DNA of 64,000 nt from Bacteroidota bacterium (GTDB lineage: Bacteria; Bacteroidota; Bacteroidia; AKYH767-A; OLB10): positions 193,212 to 257,211 of the forward strand of contig JADKIC010000002.1 in NCBI GenBank assembly GCA_016721435.1, written 5' to 3'. The notes below the pieces were generated by a model. The model did not search any database. It had not been told where the DNA came from and saw only the letters and a program-made list of their open reading frames with translations. Both the position numbers and the translations under genes were made by a program. Positions 59,922 through 64,000 of the stretch are shown here, piece by piece. Each line of letters opens with the position of its first letter. Position 1 is the first letter of the stretch.

Positions 59922-62816
59922 AATATATAGCATTCATTTGCTTTTTTCTTTTGATGAGGTTATCATCCTATAGTCAGCATCCTTTTTTTAGAGAAATTAC
60001 TATTGAACAGGGTAATGATGATTTAAAGGCGACGACGCTTTTTCAGAGTGATGAAGGATTGATTTATATTGGAACAAATCAGGGATTGTATAGATATGAT
60101 GGATTTGAATTTGAAAAAATCGTATTGCCGGATTCATTGCAAAATAGTAAAGTCAGTATTATTACAAGTTCTCTAAACAAGGATTTAATTATTGGACTTG
60201 AAAATGGAGTGATTTTTAAACTCAAGAACGATGTAGTAGAGAAGTTAAAATCTCCAATAAACAGTCCGGTCAAGTCTATATTGGAATTGGAGAACGGTAC
60301 TCTTTGGATCGCTTCATATGGAGAAGGTGTTTTTTATAGAACCGGATCCGATTGGCATCGGTTGGCCGGACTCTCTGACCCTTTCGTTTATCAACTTCTT
60401 CTTCATAACACCGGTAAAATTCTTGCCGCAACCGATGGTGGTCTTGTGATTATTGACCCGCAAACTAAACCGGTTAGTTTCCGGGTTTTTGATAGAAAAA
60501 CGGGTTGCCCGACAATATTGTGAAGGTGATGGGAGTGCTGCCTGACAATACTATTCTACTGGGTTTTCATCAAATGGGCATTGCTGTTTTTGACATGAAT
60601 TCTTATCAGTTCAAATCCATTGATAAAGCGAAAGATTGGACATTTGGTGTTGTCAATTGTATTACCAAATTGCAGAATGAATTTTGGCTGGGTACAGATG
60701 GTAATGGAATTGTGGATTATGAATTTAGCGGAGATAAACGTATTCGCAATTTTTTTGATAAAGCCGGCTTCCCGTTTAAAAAAAGTAAATGCTTTGTTGA
60801 AGGATATGGAAGGGAATGTTTGGGTTGCTGCTGATCATAAATTGATTATTTCAATTGGTGAGCAAGTCGAACTTGTAGATGAAGTGGGGAGCTGAATTTT
60901 GATAGCCTGCAAGCCATTATTGCAGGGAGAGATGGATATTTATCGTTTAGTACTCCGAAAGGATTGTTTCGATACAACTATATGGCTTCCGGAAATGAGA
61001 AAATGAAGAGATTTAATTTCTCAAAGAACGTAGATTTACATATCGTATCCCTTTACGAAGATGAAGCCGGGTATATTTGGATCGGAACCTTCGACAACGG
61101 ATTGTTTCGATTTAATCCTGAAAATGGAAAAGTAGTGCGTTTTGGCGAGAAGGAAGGGTTGACAAATGCAAATGTTATTTCAATTGATGGAAAAGATAGT
61201 GTGGTTTGGATTGCTACATCGGGAGGGATAGTCCAGTGCAGAATGAAAGACCCTCTTCAGTTTGGAAAAGATGCCGGCTATTCATTTGAGAAACTAATGT
61301 TTGATGATAAACGATTTGATGGTTTCGTTTATGCTGTTTTTATTGATAGAAATGGGAGAGCCTGGTTTGGTACAGATGGAAATGGAATTATGATGTATGA
61401 TGGCAGTAAACTCCACTCCTTTCCGGAATTAAACTCTTTTAAAGTGGTGTACTCCATTACTGAAGATGCTTATAGCAATATTTGGTTTAGTACTCAGTTT
61501 CAGGGTTTGTATAGATATGATGGCAAACATTTTCGCAATTTTAATCTTTCCAATGGCTTATCCTCACTGGAAATTATCGGGATTAGTATAGACAATATCG
61601 GAAATGTTATTGTTGTCAATAAACGCGGTATTGATGTTATTAATCCGAAAAATTTCGATGTTAAAAAAATTGGGGAAGAATCTGGTATTGGAAAGTTAGA
61701 TGCTGATTTGAATGCAGTAACCCGTGACAGTAAAGGGGGCATCTGGATTGGTTCACGGAATGGTTTGGTGCGTTTCTATAATTATAATAAAGGGGTGACG
61801 GATCGTCCTAAACTTATCCTCAAAAAAGTGTATACTTTTATGAAGCAGATGGTAGATCTCCGTGATACAGTTTTTGACTATAATCAAAATAATATTTCTA
61901 TTGAGTATACCGGAATTTGGTATACTCAACCGGATATTATTTCTTATCGTTATCGTTTAAAGGGATATAGCAATGACTGGATTCCCACTCGAGATAGAAT
62001 CGTTACATTTCCTAACTTACCTCCCGGTCGTTACACTTTTGAAGTGGTGGCAAGCCTGGGTGTTCAATCTGTAAGTAGTAATGTTGTAGCATATAGCTTT
62101 ATAATCAAGAAGCCGCTGTGGAAAGAGAATTGGATTATATTGTCAGGAATTTTGTTGTTAAGTTCAGGGGTGTTTTTATTTATTCGCGACCGGGATATTA
62201 AAGTCCGGCGATTGGAAAGTTTAAAGAAAGAGAAGGTGGAGTATCAATTTGCTACCTTGAAAAGCCAGGTGAATCCACATTTTTATTCAATAGTTTTAAT
62301 ACATTGATTGCGATTGTATAAGAGGATAAAGAGAAAGCAATCAGTTATGTAGAAAAGTTATCGGATTATTTCCGGAACATGGTTCAACATCGGGATAAGG
62401 ATCTGATTTCACTCGAAGAAGAACTGGTTATGGTGGAAACTTATTATTTTTTGCAGCAAAAGCGTTTTGGAGAGTATTTATTACTGGAAATAGATATTCC
62501 TGTTTCCTGGAAAAAGTCATTTGGGCTTCCTCCATTGTCACTGCAACTGTTGATTGAGAATGCCGTGAAGCACAATGCCGTTTCGCATGAAACGCCCTTG
62601 CGCATTCTGGTGAAAGCTTCAGGCTCCTCTTCCCTCCTCATTGAAAATAACCTGAACCCAAAAATGTCTGCTGAGCCATCTACCGGTATCGGATTGGAGA
62701 ATATTATAAACAGGTTTAATATATTGGCTGGTCATAAGGTGAAAGTACTTCAAACCGCCGAAAAATTCACCGTTGAAGTGCCGCTGATAGAACTCGTTTC
62801 ATCGCAACGCATTTGA
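59918..62816 (+). CDS. Hybrid-type sensor histidine kinase of the LytS/YehU class: periplasmic two-component-regulator-propeller/Y_Y_Y repeats, TM, His_kinase (PF06580) and HATPase. Fragmented into 5 ORFs by apparent frameshifts.
   Basis: Repeated GLxRYDG / IWIGT / WFGT propeller motifs (59918-62307). TM region ILSGILLLSSGVFLF. C-terminal LLIENAVKHNA ... ATP-binding region (62379-62816). Partner LytTR regulator is immediately downstream. Confidence 0.6.
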
Positions 62817-62866
62817 TGCATATATCAGGAAATGTAATTAAGTGTATTCTAAAAAAATAAAGCAAA

Positions 62867-63625
62867 ATGAAAATATTAATCATTGAAGATGAAAAGCCCG
62901 CAGCTGATCGTTTAATCAAAATGATACACGATTTGGTTCCGGAAGCCGTAATCCTTGCAACACTCGTAAGTATTAAGTCTTCGGTGGAGTGGTTGATGAA
63001 AAATGATGCACCGGATGTGGTAATGATGGATATCCATTTAGCTGACGGGCAAAGTTTTGAGATATTTACATTGGTGAAAGTGACCGCCCCGGTTATTTTT
63101 ACCACGGCATATGATGAACATGCTCTGGATGCATTTAAGGTAAATAGTATCGATTATCTCCTTAAGCCGATTAAGCTGGAAGATTTAAAGCGTGCCATCG
63201 ATAAGCTGAAAAATCTTAAAAATTATAACGCACAGCAGGTGGAAAAGATGATCAGTCAGTTTGGCGCTCGTCAAAAGGAATTTCAGAAAAGAATGGTCAT
63301 TCGTTTTGGAGATACCATTAAGATGGTGGACATCCCGGATGTGGCCTACTTCTATACGGAAGATAAAATCAATTATCTCTGCACCTCCGGTAACCTTCGT
63401 TATCCTATTGACCATAATCTGGATGAATTGGAACTTCTGCTAGATCCGGCTGTGTTTTTCAGAATTAATCGACAATTTATTATAAATATTCATGCCATTG
63501 ATAAAATGCTGGCCTGGTCTAAATCGCGTGTAAAAGTGCTCCTTAAACCCCCTACAACAGAAGACACTATTGTAAGTACAGAGCGATCTCCTTATTTTAA
63601 GGATTGGCTTATCGGGTTGAAATGA
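62867..63625 (+). CDS. LytTR-family response regulator (REC + LytTR DNA-binding domain)
   Basis: MKILIIEDEKPAADRL...DVVMMDIHLADG receiver. C-terminal LytTR domain (IRFGDTIKMVDIPDVAYFYTEDKINYLCTSG). Confidence 0.9.
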   Translation: MKILIIEDEKPAADRLIKMIHDLVPEAVILATLVSIKSSVEWLMKNDAPDVVMMDIHLADGQSFEIFTLVKVTAPVIFTTAYDEHALDAFKVNSIDYLLKPIKLEDLKRAIDKLKNLKNYNAQQVEKMISQFGARQKEFQKRMVIRFGDTIKMVDIPDVAYFYTEDKINYLCTSGNLRYPIDHNLDELELLLDPAVFFRINRQFIINIHAIDKMLAWSKSRVKVLLKPPTTEDTIVSTERSPYFKDWLIGLK

Positions 63626-63626
63626 G

Positions 63627-64000
63627 ATGAATTATAATGGGTTTTCTCATAGTTATTTAAATCGAATCTGCCAATCACGGATTTTAATGGCAAGGAGTGT
63701 TCCATTTACCCAATTCAAAGTAAATCCTCACCTTAGTGTTGATATTAAGAGGAAGTGTTTCAACGGCTTAGGGGTACTAGAAGGTATTGAAGGACTATTA
63801 CGATTCGGATTTAATGGCAAGGAGAACGATAATGAAGTAAAAGGAACAGGCAATCAACAGGATTATGGTTTTAGAGTTTATGATCCACGCCTTGGTAAAT
63901 TTTTAAGTGTTGACCCGTTAACAAAGGCTTATCCCATGTTGACACCTTATCAATTTGCATCAAATAGACCAATAGATGGAATTGATATAGATGGTTTAGA
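63627..64000 (+). CDS. Partial ORF (runs off the window) encoding the tail of an RHS/YD-repeat-associated core domain. Likely an orphan polymorphic-toxin C-terminal cassette.
   Basis: RFGFNGKENDNEVKGTGNQQDYGFRVYDPRLGKFLSVDPLTKAYPMLTPYQFASNRPIDGIDIDGL is the canonical RHS-core terminal motif (FNGKE...YDP.LGRF...DP...YPY...NP.DP.GL). A second degenerate GFNGKE-encoding stretch lies at 63679-63697. Confidence 0.6.
   Translation, partial: MNYNGFSHSYLNRICQSRILMARSVPFTQFKVNPHLSVDIKRKCFNGLGVLEGIEGLLRFGFNGKENDNEVKGTGNQQDYGFRVYDPRLGKFLSVDPLTKAYPMLTPYQFASNRPIDGIDIDGL

Noticed and set aside
5815-62816. Calling the many split genes as true pseudogenes (genome decay)
   Set aside because: Every traced lesion sits in a homopolymer, and one gene (12879-13580) carries compensating +1/-1 errors 60 nt apart. 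Essential genes (dxr) are affected. Sequencing indel error is the more parsimonious explanation, and merged CDS coordinates are given instead.
1-64000. tRNA/rRNA genes in intergenic regions
   Set aside because: Scanned all gaps over 100 bp for T-loop (GGTTCGAATCC-like) and acceptor-stem pairing. None found. No rRNA-like conserved stretches.

Overview
This 64-kb window is a chromosomal segment from a Bacteroidetes-type genome. Evidence in the sequence: several proteins end in type IX secretion (T9SS) C-terminal sorting domains, TAnnTTTG '-7' promoter boxes sit upstream of genes, a DUF4270 lipoprotein gene directly precedes glmS, and there is a FISUMP lipoprotein. The window is gene-dense on both strands and I found no rRNA or tRNA genes.

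- **Positions 1-20,700** are mostly housekeeping genes: scpA, an outer-membrane beta-barrel protein, rseP, dxr, a J-domain protein, bactofilin, dus, a CPBP protease, a glycogen-synthase-like gene, DUF4270 and glmS. Embedded in this block are an ArsR-controlled redox/arsenical-like operon (thioredoxin-like gene, two rhodanese genes, an ArsP-like permease, a DsbD-like gene) and two striking repeat arrays.
- **Positions 20,734-30,308** are a surface-polysaccharide locus: methyltransferase, GT4 glycosyltransferase, GH5-like hydrolase, Wzy-like polymerase, FOUR tandem sulfotransferase genes and a Wzx flippase. About 25 kb further on, at 53,242-58,727, lies a complete sulfate-uptake and PAPS-synthesis operon (SLC13 transporter, cysC, cysD, cysN, cysQ) that would supply the sulfate donor. 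Together these look like a sulfated-glycan biosynthesis system.
- **Positions 31,037-47,890** are a same-strand cluster of secreted surface proteins. Five paralogues share an unrecognised N-terminal domain of roughly 250 aa. Most carry T9SS C-terminal domains, and several carry cohesin-like and dockerin-like modules, Ig-like repeats, a FISUMP lipoprotein and a TonB-dependent-receptor-like barrel. This is my best candidate for an undescribed cell-surface assembly system.
- **The remainder** holds a GH1 beta-glucosidase, a glycosyltransferase/metallophosphoesterase pair, a LytTR-type two-component pair and, running off the window end, a partial RHS-core fragment.

At least 19 genes are interrupted by single-base frameshifts (15) or an in-frame stop (1); four of those I traced sit in homopolymer runs. 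This looks like indel sequencing error rather than true pseudogenes, so for those genes I give merged coordinates.
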